From contig CAZNZL010000001.1 of the NCBI GenBank assembly GCA_964577565.1, positions 14,566 to 78,565 of the forward strand: 64,000 nucleotides of DNA, read 5' to 3'. Shown here one piece after another: positions 62,281 through 64,000 of this stretch. Origin of the DNA: an uncultured Candidatus Saccharibacteria bacterium (lineage in GTDB: Bacteria; Patescibacteriota; Saccharimonadia; Saccharimonadales; JAGQNJ01). The position numbers were made by a program, and so were the translations under genes. How positions within the stretch are numbered: the first letter of the stretch is position 1; the number at the start of each line of letters is the position of its first letter. Below the pieces are notes generated by a model. The model was given only the letters and a program-made list of their open reading frames with translations, was not told where the DNA came from and did no database searches.

Positions 62281-62369
62281 ATGTTGCGTGTAAATAAGCT
62301 TGTAAGTAGAAATTCGGTTACCCAAAAGTACCTACACTGCTAGGTATTATTATAGCAGGCGCGCGCAAG

Positions 62370-63551
62370 CTACGGTGTAACCGTTACGTCAGTCGCTGCT
62401 GCCGCAACCGTAAACCAGGTTTGGCCCGGGATGAGTTTAAGTGTTTGACCATCGGCAGTTTTGAACCTAAATTGTCCACTACGGCCGGCTTTTTCCCACG
62501 TGCCCTCGGTGACAGTTCCGTTTTGGAACACATACACTTTGCCGCTGCCGTTGACGGCGTAAACTGAGTAAATGCCATTTTGGCTACGCGGAATAACCGG
62601 AACAATTATTACCTTAGGCGTAATTTGCGCGCCAGATTTAGCGTCGACGTGCGGTTGGCCGGCTAAATTGCGTTTGTATAGGTTGTTAGCAGCGTCATAC
62701 TCAAACGACACGTTATACAAAGCTCGTGACATGCGTACATTGACTACACTGGCGGTGGGGGTTGCGGCTGGCTTGTCGGTCTCGCCTCGTTCTAAGCTCT
62801 GATATTCAGATGCTGCCCAGCCTTTTTGTGATTCAAGCTCTTTTAACTTAACTACGTTAGTGTACATGTTGTGGGGCGCGTAGCGGCTACTTTCACGCCA
62901 ATAAGCACTCGAGTTCGCAAACTGGTCAAGGTCTCTAATGCCTTCTGCCCTGATTTCATTCAAGGCCTGGCCGCTACCACCAACATGGGCAATGGCAGCG
63001 TTGTATGGCCCCAAAAAATCAAGGTAGTACGGCCGAACACTGCGGACTGGCCCAACATATTCTGGCAGGTTGTCCTGAAAGAGTGCCAAAAAGCGCGTGA
63101 TACCGCCTTCTGCTACTGCCTCATACACCACGCCGGCTTCACGCAAGCCAGATTGCGGCCGAGCTTCTGGGCTGTTCTCAATCATAATTCCTGTTACGGT
63201 GCGTTTGTTTACATCAAAGGGGACTTCTAGGCCGGTCAGGTGCGAAGGCTCGGTGGTTTTGGGCGGTTCTGGTGGTGGCTCAACGGCGGTTTTAATCTCT
63301 TTTGGCGCTGTCTCGCGTTGGTTAAGAATAATTGCCGTGGTAATGCCGGCGATAACAAGCAGTATTGCAACAATAACAGCGATCAGCTGTTGCTTACGCG
63401 TTAGTTTAAGGCGAAATCGCTTACCTTTTGCGTTGGGCGTTGGCTTTGTATCGGGTTGGTTGGTTGGGGCGGATTGGGTGTTTAGGTTCTCTGTGGCTGT
63501 GGGGCTTTTAATAGAGGGCCTTTCTTCACGAGGCTTTATATCATTTTGCAT
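62370..63551 (-). CDS. DUF3048 (YerB-like) domain protein, membrane anchored
   Basis: N-terminal TM helix, then VTGIMIENSPEARPQSGLREAGVVYEAVAEGGITRFLALF, which is characteristic of DUF3048. Confidence 0.7.
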   Translation of the reverse strand: MQNDIKPREERPSIKSPTATENLNTQSAPTNQPDTKPTPNAKGKRFRLKLTRKQQLIAVIVAILLVIAGITTAIILNQRETAPKEIKTAVEPPPEPPKTTEPSHLTGLEVPFDVNKRTVTGIMIENSPEARPQSGLREAGVVYEAVAEGGITRFLALFQDNLPEYVGPVRSVRPYYLDFLGPYNAAIAHVGGSGQALNEIRAEGIRDLDQFANSSAYWRESSRYAPHNMYTNVVKLKELESQKGWAASEYQSLERGETDKPAATPTASVVNVRMSRALYNVSFEYDAANNLYKRNLAGQPHVDAKSGAQITPKVIIVPVIPRSQNGIYSVYAVNGSGKVYVFQNGTVTEGTWEKAGRSGQFRFKTADGQTLKLIPGQTWFTVAAAATDVTVTP

Positions 63552-63625
63552 AACAGGTATTATAACAAAGAACTAAATACTGCTCATGATTGCAAATAAG
63601 CTCAATAAATAGTATAATATATCAA

Positions 63626-64000
63626 ATGACACAAACTTCTCGTTCTGTCCAATCAAAACTGTTATTACTGCGTGTTCCTCGCACCAACGATAAAAAAGAA
63701 CTGGCGGCTGAACAGATGTTTGCCAGTATCCATGGCCTGCTTTTAAAAGAGCGCACTAGTATTTTTGCGAAAACCGGCCGCGAGCACCTTAGTTTTGAAA
63801 TTGCTGCCCTACATAAGCAAACCGGTTTTTATATTTGGGTGCCAGAATACCTAGTTTCATATATTGAGGAGCAAGTCTATGCCCAGTACCCATCCGTACA
63901 AATTGCTGAGGTTGAAGATTACATGTTGCACGGTAACGAGTATCAGACGCATATGTATGCCGATGTGGTGTTGCAAGCCAATGATGTTTTGCCTATCAAA
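63626..64000 (+). CDS. hypothetical protein, N-terminal fragment (runs off the window)
   Basis: The frame is open for 125 codons to the window edge. TATAAT at 63613-63618 lies 7 nt upstream of the ATG. No family confidently recognised. Confidence 0.5.
   Translation, partial: MTQTSRSVQSKLLLLRVPRTNDKKELAAEQMFASIHGLLLKERTSIFAKTGREHLSFEIAALHKQTGFYIWVPEYLVSYIEEQVYAQYPSVQIAEVEDYMLHGNEYQTHMYADVVLQANDVLPIK

Overview
This window is a gene-dense chromosomal segment that reads in standard code 11. UGA works as a stop codon, and an intact RF2 gene is present. The GC content is in the low to mid 40s by hand count. The gene content and style suggest a small-genome, Gram-positive-type lineage such as Patescibacteria/CPR (Saccharibacteria-like). 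The supporting traits are very short intergenic regions, many leaderless-looking starts, a sortase, FtsEX next to coiled-coil hydrolases, a sigma-region-4/HARE-HTH protein, DUF3048, and many small membrane-anchored hypotheticals. That taxonomic call is inference only, because I could not run a search.

Gene order:
- 1-13.7 kb, plus strand: serS (3' end), hpf, secA, an M16 peptidase, prfB, ftsE and ftsX, two coiled-coil peptidoglycan hydrolases (M23 and CHAP), an S41 protease, pyrG and a response regulator.
- 13.7-31 kb, mixed housekeeping and accessory genes: an FHA protein, rpmA, methyltransferases, xseAB, a degenerate two-component pair, recO, glyQS, a SemiSWEET-like protein, an AlkD-like protein, pcm, hydrolases, an NYN protein, a sortase, a lipid kinase and a GH1 glucosidase.
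- 31.2-39.7 kb: a dcw cluster of mraZ, a 490-nt spacer, then rsmH, ftsL-like, ftsI, mraY, ftsW, murG and ftsQ-like.
- 39.7-44.8 kb: an accessory region of atypical composition.
- 44.8-64 kb, mostly minus strand: topA, dprA, pth, two paralogous anchored proteins, an lnt-like gene, der, a pseudouridine synthase, a response regulator and histidine kinase pair, tRNA-Glu(CUC), dinB, an SRAP gene and a DUF3048 gene.

Most interesting observations:
1. A complete type III hammerhead ribozyme motif lies on the minus strand at 43939-43993. It sits just downstream of a gene of about 60% GC that looks foreign, inside about 850 nt of structured noncoding DNA.
2. A promoter-to-terminator unit of about 450 nt at 48124-48570 is highly structured, has no ORF, and does not match any RNA class I can recognise.
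3. A 200-bp block is identical at the nucleotide level in the two adjacent FtsEX-linked hydrolase genes, which points to gene conversion.
4. Four phased GTGGG boxes upstream of mraZ look like an MraZ operator. The mraZ-rsmH spacer carries nested long-range helices.
5. Two tandem genes of an unrecognised family follow the sigma/HARE-HTH gene. One of them has no canonical start codon.
6. TGcTATAAT-type -10 boxes sit 6-9 nt upstream of many ATG codons, which suggests widespread leaderless mRNAs.

I saw no CRISPR array, no rRNA, no transposase and no integrase.
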